24,000 nt of DNA from Fibrobacter succinogenes (GCA_902762795.1 CACWPM010000030.1:1-24000); one strand, 5' to 3'; numbered from the stretch's first letter, positions 7,728-16,336 are shown. The notes: generated from the letters alone by a model not told the origin. Numbers and translations: made by a program.

Positions 7728-9277
7728 ACTTCGCCGCCGAATCCAAAGCCCGCTTCTTCAATAGCGATTTTTAACGCAGACTCGTCGACATCATCTTCGT
7801 CATGCCATTCCACACGTAATTCCTTTCTTGCAACATTGGCGACCGCAAAAATCACACCGTCCAATGCAAGCACCGCCTTTTCAACGCACGCTTTGCAGTG
7901 ACTGCAAGTCATACCGTTCACGCGGTAAATCTTTACAGCTGTCGCGGACTGATCTTTGTGATGGCAATGCCCATGTTCTTCATTATGATCGTGACCGCAA
8001 TGGTCATGTTCATGCTCTTCGTCATGTTCGTGATCGCAATCGCAGTGATCGTGTTCATGTTCACAAGAGTCCGCGCATTTGCAAGATTCGCCACAGCAAC
8101 CGCAACCACAATGTCCATCACAACCCTTGTGTGCAACTTTAGCGTAAATCATGAATACGGCCAAGAGACCTGCGCAAATGTAATCGAACACGCCTAACGC
8201 TTCATGCCCATGGCACTCCGCAGAGCCCTGCGGCAACATCGCCGAAAGGAACGTGTCCATAAAGAACGTATCGACAATAAAGCCAAAGAACATTGCCCCA
8301 AACGCAATCGAGAACAAGTACGCCGCAAGAGTGCGCTTGCCAAAAGCTTTACCGACCACAAGCATCGAAGCGATACTCGTCGCAGGCCCGGCCATCAAAA
8401 GCACAAGGGCGGCCCCCGGCGTAATTCCCTTCGCCACAAGCGCAAGCGCAAGCGGAATAGAGCCCGTTGCACACGTGTACATCGGCATCGCCAAAAGTAA
8501 CACGCAGACCATGCAAAGAATTGGATTTTCACGCAACGCAAGGAACAGCTCATTTGGAACAAATGCAGATATCAGAGCACCCAGCACAAGGCCAATCATC
8601 AGCCACTTGCTCACATCGCCCACCATATTGACCAAGCCATAGCGGAACGTTTCCTTGATCTTTTCCGTAAAAGTCGCCGAGTTGCCATGCGAATGCACCG
8701 GCGTACAGCAATCGCGACAACCACAACAATTATCGTCGCATTCATCGTGACCGCCGCATTCGCAGTGTTCGTGGTCATGGTGATGGTGTCCATGATCGTG
8801 ATGTTCGTGTTTCGAATTCGCCGAATCGACTCCCGATTTTGCTACAGCGTTCTCCGCAAATTCCCCGCGAGTCACAAAATTCGTCAGCACACCACCAAAA
8901 AGCGCAGTCACAAACGCCGCTACCGGTCGCAAAATTGCAAACGGGAGTCCAAGCAACGAATACGTTGCCAAGATAGAATCTACGCCCGTTGCAGGCGTCG
9001 AAATCAAAAAGCTCACGCTAGCGCCCTTGCTCGCTCCTTCCTTGCGGATTGCAATCGATGTCGGAATCACGCCGCAGCTGCAAATCGGAAGAGGCACGCC
9101 AAACAAAGCCGCCCACAGCACCGATGCAAAATTCGACTTTGCAATTTTAGGCACGTATAAATGATTCGGCACCCACACATGCAAAATTCCAGCCAGCAAA
9201 AACCCAAGCAAAAGGAACGGAGCCATCTCCGAAAACAGAGTGATAAATTCCTTGATAAATTCAACAACAATATTCAT
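7724..9277 (-). CDS. SO_0444-type (DUF318/ArsP-like) metal permease with two His/Cys-rich loops and a C-terminal heavy-metal-associated (HMA) domain
   Basis: 517 aa. The N-terminus ...PLPICSCGVIPTSIAIRKEGASKGASVSFLISTPATGVDS is characteristic of this permease family. Loop 1 is aa 155-197 (HEHHDHGHHHHDHEHCECGGHDECDDNCCGCRDCC). Loop 2 is aa 383-441 (CDGHCGCGCCGESCKCADSCEHEHDHCDCDHEHDEEHEHDHCGHDHNEEHGHCHH). The HMA motif is YRVNGMTCSHCKACVEKAV. The gene starts 3 nt after the arsR-family stop codon. Confidence 0.85.
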   Translation of the reverse strand: MNIVVEFIKEFITLFSEMAPFLLLGFLLAGILHVWVPNHLYVPKIAKSNFASVLWAALFGVPLPICSCGVIPTSIAIRKEGASKGASVSFLISTPATGVDSILATYSLLGLPFAILRPVAAFVTALFGGVLTNFVTRGEFAENAVAKSGVDSANSKHEHHDHGHHHHDHEHCECGGHDECDDNCCGCRDCCTPVHSHGNSATFTEKIKETFRYGLVNMVGDVSKWLMIGLVLGALISAFVPNELFLALRENPILCMVCVLLLAMPMYTCATGSIPLALALVAKGITPGAALVLLMAGPATSIASMLVVGKAFGKRTLAAYLFSIAFGAMFFGFIVDTFFMDTFLSAMLPQGSAECHGHEALGVFDYICAGLLAVFMIYAKVAHKGCDGHCGCGCCGESCKCADSCEHEHDHCDCDHEHDEEHEHDHCGHDHNEEHGHCHHKDQSATAVKIYRVNGMTCSHCKACVEKAVLALDGVIFAVANVARKELRVEWHDEDDVDESALKIAIEEAGFGFGGEV

Positions 9278-9280
9278 CTT

Positions 9281-9601
9281 TTACCCCTTCTTCTTATGCA
9301 AAATGTGCGCGAGGCCTGTATTGAAAATTTCACCAATATGTTCGTCATCGAGTGCATAATAAATCTTGCGACCGTCACGAGTCGGTTTCACAAGATTCGC
9401 CGTGCGTAAAATACGCAGCTGGTGACTCACCACGGACTGTTCAAGGTTAAGCTTTTCCGCAATGGCACTCACGGACATTTCACCAGAAAGCAACAGGTGA
9501 ATTACGCGAATACGTGTCGTATCGCCAAAGAACTTGAAAAATTCGGAAAGTTCAAATAGCGTATCCAACGAAACACTTTTAACATTCGAAGCCTTGCACA
9601 T
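9281..9601 (-). CDS. ArsR/SmtB-family metalloregulator, alpha5-site (CzrA/SmtB-like Zn/Co) type
   Basis: 106 aa. The winged-HTH region is FFGDTTRIRVIHLLLSGEMSVSAIAEKLNLEQSVVSHQLRILRTANLV. The C-terminal DEH-IGEIFNTGLA-H-IL-H matches the D-x-H-x10-H-x2-H alpha5 metal site exactly. Confidence 0.92.
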   Translation of the reverse strand: MCKASNVKSVSLDTLFELSEFFKFFGDTTRIRVIHLLLSGEMSVSAIAEKLNLEQSVVSHQLRILRTANLVKPTRDGRKIYYALDDEHIGEIFNTGLAHILHKKKG

Positions 9602-9626
9602 ATTTTCCTCTTTTTTAATAGTTTAA

Positions 9627-9650
9627 ATATATGAACAACAATTCATATAT
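9627..9650. promoter_or_regulatory. Putative ArsR/SmtB operator (perfect 9-bp inverted repeat)
   Basis: ATATATGAA-caacaa-TTCATATAT lies 26 bp upstream of the repressor ATG. The TGAA...TTCA core resembles the 12-2-12 operators of SmtB/CzrA-type repressors. Confidence 0.6.
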
Positions 9651-9674
9651 ACATATTTTCATACAATTTGGCAA
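9646..9674 (-). promoter_or_regulatory. Sigma70-like promoter of the arsR-permease operon, overlapping the operator
   Basis: On the minus strand: TTGCCA (9674..9669), 17 nt spacer, TATATA (9651..9646). The -10 element overlaps the right arm of the inverted repeat. Confidence 0.4.
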
Positions 9675-9808
9675 GAGATATTGAAATCTTTATATCCACT
9701 TTTTTATTGGAGCAAAAAAGTTCCTGACAAAAAAGCCAGTCCATCTTTATTATATTTTCATTACAAGTTAGGAGTCCATCGCTAGGATTACCTCAAAAAG
9801 GAGTTTTT

Positions 9809-10693
9809 ATGAAAAAAATTGCAGCAGGCCTTTTGACCGCACTCTGCGCCACCGCGTTTTCCTTTGCTCAGCCGATAGACCAACCGGCAGCACAACCGCA
9901 CGAACAAGAGGCTCCGCAGACCGCACCTACAACTACAGAGGCGAAGACATTAGCCAGTCCGCAAGCAACACCAGCAACACAACAGGCTCCAGCCGCTTCA
10001 CAAGCCGCTTCACCTAAACAAAAAAATTTCAATACGACAAATGCAAATGACACCGCGCCAATTGACGAGCAGCCCGTCGCTTATCCGCAGAAAAAAAATC
10101 CCGTCAGTATCGGCGCTAAAGCCGCATTCATTTACGGGAACCTCTGGGGATTTGAAGGCCTCAAAGACGACGATTTGGAAGACCCTTCTGGCTTCGGCGG
10201 AGAATTCGGTATCACAGCACGCTTTGTCATCGTAGACGGGCTCCATTTTGTACCAGAAATTTCATTCCGTATTTTCGACGTTTCTCACGAAGACGAAGGT
10301 TTCACTAGATATTACAACCAAATGTTCCTTGACTTCGCATTTTTAATGCGCGGTTTCATCGGCAACTCCGTTTTCCTCGAAGCCGGTCCCCAACTTTCCA
10401 TCAACACCAGTAGCGATGTAAAAATCAACGAGGACGGCGGTTTTAAGGAAAACATCGAGCAAGCGCCTGTCGAATTCGGCCTAAATATTGGCATCGGCTA
10501 TTTCGTGGCAAAAAGATTCAGCATCGGCTTCCGCTGGTACATGGGCTTCAACGAAGTCTTCCCCGATGTAAAGTATTACTTTGACGAAAAATTCAACCCG
10601 TCTAAAGATCGCAGTAGCAAATGGTCTCTCATCAACTTAAAGGGAGCCCACACTATGATGTTCAAGTTCGGCATCAACTACTGGTTCATTTAA
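9809..10693 (+). CDS. Outer-membrane beta-barrel (porin-family / OmpA-like barrel) protein with a Pro/Ala/Gln-rich N-terminal linker
   Basis: 294 aa with an AAAGGAG RBS. The signal peptide is MKKIAAGLLTALCATAFSFAQP. A low-complexity stretch, PAAQPHEQEAPQTAPTTTEAKTLASPQATPATQQAPAASQAASP, is followed by alternating beta-strand patterns, and the protein ends ...FKFGINYWFI. Confidence 0.8.
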   Translation: MKKIAAGLLTALCATAFSFAQPIDQPAAQPHEQEAPQTAPTTTEAKTLASPQATPATQQAPAASQAASPKQKNFNTTNANDTAPIDEQPVAYPQKKNPVSIGAKAAFIYGNLWGFEGLKDDDLEDPSGFGGEFGITARFVIVDGLHFVPEISFRIFDVSHEDEGFTRYYNQMFLDFAFLMRGFIGNSVFLEAGPQLSINTSSDVKINEDGGFKENIEQAPVEFGLNIGIGYFVAKRFSIGFRWYMGFNEVFPDVKYYFDEKFNPSKDRSSKWSLINLKGAHTMMFKFGINYWFI

Positions 10694-10698
10694 CAAGA

Positions 10699-12411
10699 AT
10701 GCGCTCGCTCCAGTCCTTAAATCTGCAACCGGTCCTTTCAACCGAAGGCATGCGTAATATCGATGCTGCGTCAAAAATATTTTTGGCAAAAAAGGCAACG
10801 AGCGAGCCTTCCGAAAAGAATGTTGTCCAAAGTGGATACCTCTTAATGCAAGAGGCGGGGTTAGCGCTATTTAAGTTTGTACAAACCAAAGCGCTTGAAC
10901 CTATCGCTATTTTTGTCGGAGGCGGAAACAATGGAGGAGACGGGCTTGTACTTGCAAAGCACCTTTTGCAAGCAGGCATAAAAAGCACCGTTTTCAGTCT
11001 TGCGAACACGAACAAGTTCAAGAACGAAGCCAAATTAGCGCTCGATGATTTTCTGCAAGTCGGAGGTTCTCTTTTTGATTTAAAAAAAATCATCGAGGAA
11101 TCAAAACAAGCATCATTCCTTTTACATGACGGGTTCAAGCTCATCGTTGACTGTATGCTAGGCAATGGAGCAAAAGGCGAACTACGCCCTGAATTTGCAG
11201 CGACAGTACAAATCATTAACGAAAGCAGACTCCCCGTAATTGCAGCGGATGCGCCTACCGGTTACGATTCAAGCGCACACATTTGCAACAGCGATTGCAT
11301 TCACGCAGAAGAAACAATGTTGTTCGGATTTCCGCGTCTAGACGCATATGCGAAAGAAGGCGGTCGGGCATTCGGAAAAGTATCGGTCGCTCCGCTCAAA
11401 TACCCAGTCGAAATCATCCAGCAATTTGACGAAAGAGTTTACCTCGTCACAGAAAGCGCAATTTCGCAACTTTTGCCCGAACGTGACGAATGGGGCGACA
11501 AACGAGTTCAGGGCAGCTTGCTAATTATCGCCGGATCCAAGAACATGTCGGGGGCCGCAGCACTTTGTACGGAAGCCGCACTTCGCAGTGGCGCTGGACT
11601 TGTAACATTGGCAGTGCCGCAAGTCATCGCGCCGATTTTGCAAGCAAAGCTCTCGGAACCTGTATTTTGCAGTCTAAGCGAAGCCGCGAACAACAGCGGC
11701 GACGGAACAGCGGAAAGCAGCGCCACCGATACTGGTAAATGCAGCGAAAATCATGACAATTTCCTCAACGAGAATCGCGGGACATTGCAACCGGAACACA
11801 TTCCGGCTTTATTAAAGCAGGCAAAACACGCCTGCGCCATAGCTATCGGCCCCGGACTTTCAACAAGCTCTGAAACTGTTCAAGCCGTTCTTGAATTGCT
11901 ACCTCAGCTAAACGTTCCGACTGTCATCGATGCAGATGCATTGAACGCCATTGCAACATTGAACGACAATGGTCCGACATGCGACGGTGCCGCCATAGAA
12001 TACTTGCACCAATTGCAATCGACCGCCATATTAACGCCGCACGTTCGAGAATTCGCAAGACTCTTCGGCAAACGCCCCGACGACAGCTTTGAAATTCCAA
12101 GTTGTTTAAGAGCCTTAGCATCAAGCACAAACAAAGTTATACTTTTAAAAGGCGCCCCCACCTACATCGCTTCACCCGACGGAAACGTTTATGTTATCCC
12201 TGTTGCAAATTCCGGCATGGCAAAGGGCGGCAGCGGAGACGTACTCACCGGCATCATCGTAGCGCTACTTTCGCAAGGCTTGCCTACCGCCGAAGCGACT
12301 GTCCTCGGAGCATTACTGCATCAAAAATCAGGCCGCATCGCGCGCGAAGAACTCGGTGCATTCGGCATGCTCCCGAGCGACGTGATCAAGAATCTGCACA
12401 AAGCGTTTTAA
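10699..12411 (+). CDS. nnr: Bifunctional NAD(P)H-hydrate repair enzyme Nnr (epimerase / ADP-dependent dehydratase)
   Basis: Track ORF 10621..12411 overlaps the preceding gene, so I chose the ATG at 10699 (MRSLQSLNLQPVLSTEGMRNIDA). The YjeF_N motif is FVGGGNNGGDGLV. The C-terminal kinase-fold motifs are AIGPGLS, LKGAPT and GGSGDVLTG. An extra ~35-aa Ser/Asp-rich insert lies at roughly 11671..11780. Confidence 0.92.
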   Translation: MRSLQSLNLQPVLSTEGMRNIDAASKIFLAKKATSEPSEKNVVQSGYLLMQEAGLALFKFVQTKALEPIAIFVGGGNNGGDGLVLAKHLLQAGIKSTVFSLANTNKFKNEAKLALDDFLQVGGSLFDLKKIIEESKQASFLLHDGFKLIVDCMLGNGAKGELRPEFAATVQIINESRLPVIAADAPTGYDSSAHICNSDCIHAEETMLFGFPRLDAYAKEGGRAFGKVSVAPLKYPVEIIQQFDERVYLVTESAISQLLPERDEWGDKRVQGSLLIIAGSKNMSGAAALCTEAALRSGAGLVTLAVPQVIAPILQAKLSEPVFCSLSEAANNSGDGTAESSATDTGKCSENHDNFLNENRGTLQPEHIPALLKQAKHACAIAIGPGLSTSSETVQAVLELLPQLNVPTVIDADALNAIATLNDNGPTCDGAAIEYLHQLQSTAILTPHVREFARLFGKRPDDSFEIPSCLRALASSTNKVILLKGAPTYIASPDGNVYVIPVANSGMAKGGSGDVLTGIIVALLSQGLPTAEATVLGALLHQKSGRIAREELGAFGMLPSDVIKNLHKAF

Positions 12412-12452
12412 AGCGAACAACATTCTCACATATAACTAATTAAGGAGAGACG

Positions 12453-13106
12453 ATGGACGCATTTTTCAAACTCGCCTTACAATACACGCAAACAAAGTTC
12501 CACAAGTACGGGACACGACCTTTGGCTTATGGGATTTATAGTCTTATAGTTCTTCTTATAATAGAATTTTTCGCCATTGTAATTGCTTTTATTATAAGCT
12601 CTATTTTTACAATCATCTATGCATTTTTAGGATCTCCCTCCTCAAAGGGAGATATTGGCACTGTTCTTGGATTTATTATGACAACCCTTGTTGTTTTATG
12701 GAATACTGGTTGGGTTGTTTACTGGATAAAGAACACGGAAAAGAAATATAATCTACTTGAAAAAAAATACGAACAGTTGGAGCTTATTCTACTAAAGAAA
12801 GGATTTATGAAAACAGACATTTGCCAAAGTTGCGGAATGCCTATCACACCAGATGTCTACGGTACGAACGCCGATGGCAGCAAGAACGATGAATATTGTA
12901 TCTGCTGCTACAAGGACGGAGCATTCACAACGGAATGTTCAATGGAAATGATGATTGATTTTACATCGCAAGGCGTAAACGAATTCAACGAGAACACAGG
13001 TAAGGACTTAACACGCAATGAATACAAAGAGGAACTTCGCAAAATTTTTCCTCTTCTTAAACGGTGGCAGTCATCCGCAACAAATACCACGAAAGAGCAA
13101 AGATAA
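12453..13106 (+). CDS. Membrane protein fused to a putative zinc-ribbon domain (Zn_ribbon_2-like)
   Basis: 217 aa with an AAGGAGAG RBS. Two long hydrophobic segments span aa 25-60 and 70-92. These are followed by MKTDICQSCGMPITPDVYGTNADGSKNDEYCICCYKDGAF, the CxxC...CxxC pattern of the stand-alone putative zinc-ribbon proteins. Confidence 0.75.
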   Translation: MDAFFKLALQYTQTKFHKYGTRPLAYGIYSLIVLLIIEFFAIVIAFIISSIFTIIYAFLGSPSSKGDIGTVLGFIMTTLVVLWNTGWVVYWIKNTEKKYNLLEKKYEQLELILLKKGFMKTDICQSCGMPITPDVYGTNADGSKNDEYCICCYKDGAFTTECSMEMMIDFTSQGVNEFNENTGKDLTRNEYKEELRKIFPLLKRWQSSATNTTKEQR

Positions 13107-13254
13107 ATCCTTCAATTACATCAATACAAAATTTTCCAGCGCCAAAAATCGCATCGTTCAACTAAACAACCAAATAAGTTCACGAGAGCAACACTCGCAA
13201 GCCCATTTCTCCCACACTTTACTTCCTACTAATTGCGCTCCGCGCCCAAACCGC

Positions 13255-13360
13255 TTCGGCTCGGTTATACAGGGAAGCGAACCCGCGCAAAATGCTAGCC
13301 TCGGTTATACAGGTAAGCAAACCCGCGCAAGACCCTAGCCTCGGTTATACAGGTAAGCAC
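13255..13360. repeat. 40-bp tandem repeat, about 2.6 copies
   Basis: tcggttatac recurs at 13261, 13301 and 13341, an exact period of 40. The unit is (c)tagcctcggttatacaggtaagcaaacccgcgcaagacc, and the first copy is more diverged. Confidence 0.85.
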
Positions 13361-13375
13361 TTTTCGCCCACACTT

Positions 13376-13407
13376 TACTTCCTACTTCCTACTTCCTACT
13401 TCCTACT
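13376..13407. repeat. Heptanucleotide microsatellite (TACTTCC) x 4.6
   Basis: tacttcc occurs at 13376, 13383, 13390 and 13397, followed by a partial tact. The homologous sequence at 13219..13230 carries only 1.6 units. Confidence 0.9.
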
Positions 13408-13426
13408 AATTGCTACATTCCCCAGC

Positions 13427-16336
13427 ATGGCAGAAAAGACTTTACTCCTTCTTGATTCGTTCGCACTCGCGTTCCGCATGTTCTACGCTTACAGCCAGAA
13501 CCCGCTCGTCAACAGCAAGGGCGAAGAGGTTTCCATGATGCACGGCTACTGGGGCGCTGTGCTCCGCATTTTGGCAAAGCACAAGCCCACGCATTTTGCG
13601 ATTGCTCGCGATGTCGCGCACACCAATACTTTCCGCCACGAACTTTACCCGGACTACAAGGCCAATCGCGGCCCCATGCCCGAAGAAATGGCAGCGCAGA
13701 TGCCACTCCTCTGCGAATCTCTGGAAGCAAGCGGCATTCCGCTTTTGTCGGAACCCGGTTACGAAGCCGACGACGTGATGGCAAGCGCCGCCGAAGCCGC
13801 AGTCAACGCCGGTTTTGACCATGTCGTGATTATCAGCAAAGACAAGGACATGTCGCAAATCGTGACCGACAAGATCCACCTTTTCCATTTGGAAAAAGGC
13901 GCCGACGGCATTGATTTTGGACCGCAACAAGTCCTCGAAAAATACGGCATTCCGCCAGAAAAAATCCGCGACTACTTGGCTCTCATGGGAGATTCGAGCG
14001 ATAACGTTCCGGGCGTTCCCAAAGTCGGCCCCAAGACCGCCATCCAGCTGTTAACCGAATACGGCGACATGGACAACATTTACGCAAACCTCGACAACAT
14101 CAAGAAGAAAGGCTTGCACGACAACCTCGCGAACAACAGAGAACAAGCGTTCCTCAGCCGCGAACTCGTAACGCTACAGACAAAGCGTGCCTACAGCGGC
14201 AACCTCGATGCGCTCGAATTCTGCGGCATCCACAGTGATACGCTCGAAGGCATTTTCAGGGAACACGAAATTAACAGTCTCGTTCGCTTGCTCGAAAACG
14301 TTCCGAGCAAGACAGGCTTCGTACGCGATTCTAGCGACGGTTCCAGCGACGGCTCTCGCGCTTCCGATGGCACATCCGAAGGCGAATCCGACGACTCCAG
14401 CAAAATCGCAAAGGCCAGCTTCCCGGCCGACCTCCCGCCCACCTACATCTGCGTCGATAACGAAGAAACCTTCGAACAGATGAAATCGGAATTTGACTCT
14501 GCAACTGAAATCGGCATCGACACCGAAACCGACGGACTCGACCCGATGCAATGCAGCATCGTCGGGCTTTGCCTTGCCTCCGCCGCAAAAGACGGGAGCG
14601 TCCCCAAGGGCTACTATATTCCGCTTGGGCATACCGACGACATCGGATTCCCGTACCCCGCCGGCAAAGGCGGCAACTTCGACTTCAACGCCACAAAGAA
14701 GTGGTTTATCGATTTTTGGAACGATTCTTGCACACCCCCCGATGACATTTCCAGTAGCGACGGCATTTCCACCAACCCCAAGCGCGCCCTCGTTTTCCAT
14801 AACGCCAAATTCGACTTGCACGTTCTCGCCCGCACCTTCGGACTCACGCAAAAGCAAATCGATTCCGCAAACATCATCGACACGCTCATTGCCGCATGGA
14901 TGCTCTCGCCCGGCCAAACTGGGCTCGGCCTCGACAATCAGGTCATGCAACTTTTGCAACACGAGATGATTCCAATCGAGAATCTCATCGGGCGCGGCAA
15001 GAACCAAATCACGTTCAACCACACGCCCATCAAGGACGCCACCGAATACGGCGCCGAAGACGCCGTCTACACGCTCCGCCTCTGGGCTCCGCTCCGTGCC
15101 AAACTCCAAAAGTACGACTACGAGAAGTACTTCTTCAGCCAGGAAATGCCGCTTCTCAAGGTGCTTTACCAGATGGAAGGCGTCGGCGCATTCGTCGACA
15201 CCAAGATTCTAAAGGACCTGCAAGCCGATTTGCAGCACCGCATCGAAAAACTCGAAAAAGAAATTTGCGACATGGCCGGCTGCGAATTTAACATCGGCTC
15301 TCCCAAGCAGCTCGGCGAGGTGCTCTTCGACACGCTCGGACTCCCCGAAATCAAAAAACGCAGCACTGACGCCGCCGTCCTCGAAGAACTCAGTTTCCGC
15401 GCCGCACACCCGATCGTTTTCGCCGTCATCGAATATCGCGAACTCAAGAAGATGCAGAGCACCTACGTTTCCGTGCTTCCGACACTCGTGAATCCGGACA
15501 CCAAGCGCATCCATACGAGCTTTATCCAGTGGGGCACCGCGACAGGCCGCCTTTCGAGCCGCGACCCGAACTTGCAAAACATCCCCGTCCGTAGCGATCT
15601 CGGCAAACAAATCCGCGCCGCATTCGTACCGCAGAATCCGAACAACGTGATTCTCGCGGTGGATTACTCGCAAATTGAGCTCCGCATGCTAGCACACCTC
15701 AGCGGGGACGAAGCGCTCATCGAAAGCTACAAGGAAGGCATCGACATCCACGCCCGCACGGCAGCCGCCATCAACCGCGTAAGCCTCGAAGACGTGACCG
15801 CCGACATGCGACGCGACGCGAAGGTCGTGAACTTCGGCGTGCTCTACGGCATGACCGCCTTCCGCCTCTCCCGCGACCTGAAAATCCCGATGGCACAGGC
15901 CAAGAGTTTCATCGACGGCTACTTCGAAATGTACCAGGGCGTGCAAAAGTTCATCGAGGATACCAAGGCTGCCGCCCACCGCGACGGCTATGTCGAAACG
16001 CTTTCGGGACGCCGCCGCTACATCGCCGGCATCGACAGTTCCGACCGCATGGAATCGCAGATGGCCGAACGCATGGCCGTGAACACCCCCGTGCAAGGCA
16101 GCGCCGCCGACCTCATCAAGATCGCCATGATCCGCATTCAAAAACGCATCAACGACGAGAACCTCCCGCTCCGCATGATGCTCCAGGTACACGACGAACT
16201 CGTTTTCGAGTGCCCGCGCGAACAGGTCGAAGAGCTTTCCACCATGGTCAAGTCCGAAATGGAAGGCGCCATGGAACTCAAAGTTCCGCTCATCGCAAGC
16301 GTTGGCTACGGCAAGAACTGGCTCGAAGCACACTAA
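13427..16336 (+). CDS. polA: DNA polymerase I
   Basis: Track ORF 13292..16336 starts inside the repeats, so I chose the ATG at 13427 (MAEKTLLLLDSFALAFRMFYA, a typical 5'-nuclease N-terminus). The 3'-5' exonuclease motifs are IDTETDGLDP, HNAKFDLHVL and YGAEDAVYTLRL. The polymerase motifs are A DYSQIELRMLAH, B RRDAKVVNFGVLYG and C QVHDELVFE. Confidence 0.97.
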   Translation: MAEKTLLLLDSFALAFRMFYAYSQNPLVNSKGEEVSMMHGYWGAVLRILAKHKPTHFAIARDVAHTNTFRHELYPDYKANRGPMPEEMAAQMPLLCESLEASGIPLLSEPGYEADDVMASAAEAAVNAGFDHVVIISKDKDMSQIVTDKIHLFHLEKGADGIDFGPQQVLEKYGIPPEKIRDYLALMGDSSDNVPGVPKVGPKTAIQLLTEYGDMDNIYANLDNIKKKGLHDNLANNREQAFLSRELVTLQTKRAYSGNLDALEFCGIHSDTLEGIFREHEINSLVRLLENVPSKTGFVRDSSDGSSDGSRASDGTSEGESDDSSKIAKASFPADLPPTYICVDNEETFEQMKSEFDSATEIGIDTETDGLDPMQCSIVGLCLASAAKDGSVPKGYYIPLGHTDDIGFPYPAGKGGNFDFNATKKWFIDFWNDSCTPPDDISSSDGISTNPKRALVFHNAKFDLHVLARTFGLTQKQIDSANIIDTLIAAWMLSPGQTGLGLDNQVMQLLQHEMIPIENLIGRGKNQITFNHTPIKDATEYGAEDAVYTLRLWAPLRAKLQKYDYEKYFFSQEMPLLKVLYQMEGVGAFVDTKILKDLQADLQHRIEKLEKEICDMAGCEFNIGSPKQLGEVLFDTLGLPEIKKRSTDAAVLEELSFRAAHPIVFAVIEYRELKKMQSTYVSVLPTLVNPDTKRIHTSFIQWGTATGRLSSRDPNLQNIPVRSDLGKQIRAAFVPQNPNNVILAVDYSQIELRMLAHLSGDEALIESYKEGIDIHARTAAAINRVSLEDVTADMRRDAKVVNFGVLYGMTAFRLSRDLKIPMAQAKSFIDGYFEMYQGVQKFIEDTKAAAHRDGYVETLSGRRRYIAGIDSSDRMESQMAERMAVNTPVQGSAADLIKIAMIRIQKRINDENLPLRMMLQVHDELVFECPREQVEELSTMVKSEMEGAMELKVPLIASVGYGKNWLEAH

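Noticed and set aside
7828-9160. Plus-strand ORFs rich in His/Arg/Lys or Val/Met/Phe (7898..8197, 8204..8500, 8687..9160 and others) opposite the metal permease
   Set aside because: They are artefacts of the repetitive CAC/GAC/TGC codon runs of the His/Cys loops and of an open antisense frame. The permease frame has clear family motifs and an HMA domain.
10621-10698. N-terminal extension of nnr overlapping the end of the OM barrel gene by 73 nt
   Set aside because: The extension has no similarity to YjeF_N. The ATG at 10699 sits 5 nt after the upstream stop and gives a normal Nnr N-terminus.
13292-13426. N-terminal extension of polA given by the ORF track (MLASVIQVSKPAQDPSLGYTGKHFSPTLYFLLPTSYFLLIATFPS)
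   Set aside because: It is a translation of the 40-bp tandem repeat and the heptamer microsatellite. The canonical Pol I N-terminus begins at the ATG at 13427.
14325-14402. Ser/Asp/Gly-rich low-complexity insert in PolA (SSDGSSDGSRASDGTSEGESDDSS), and a similar acidic insert in Nnr at about 11671..11780
   Set aside because: They look like lineage-specific interdomain linkers between well-defined domains. I have no evidence that they are anything more than disordered spacers.
13442-16333. Antisense or off-frame ORFs inside polA (for example 14174..15109, 311 aa; 15689..16333, 214 aa)
   Set aside because: The plus-strand frame carries all Pol I motifs end to end. The antisense translations are Gly/Ala/Val/Glu/Arg-rich with no recognisable domains.
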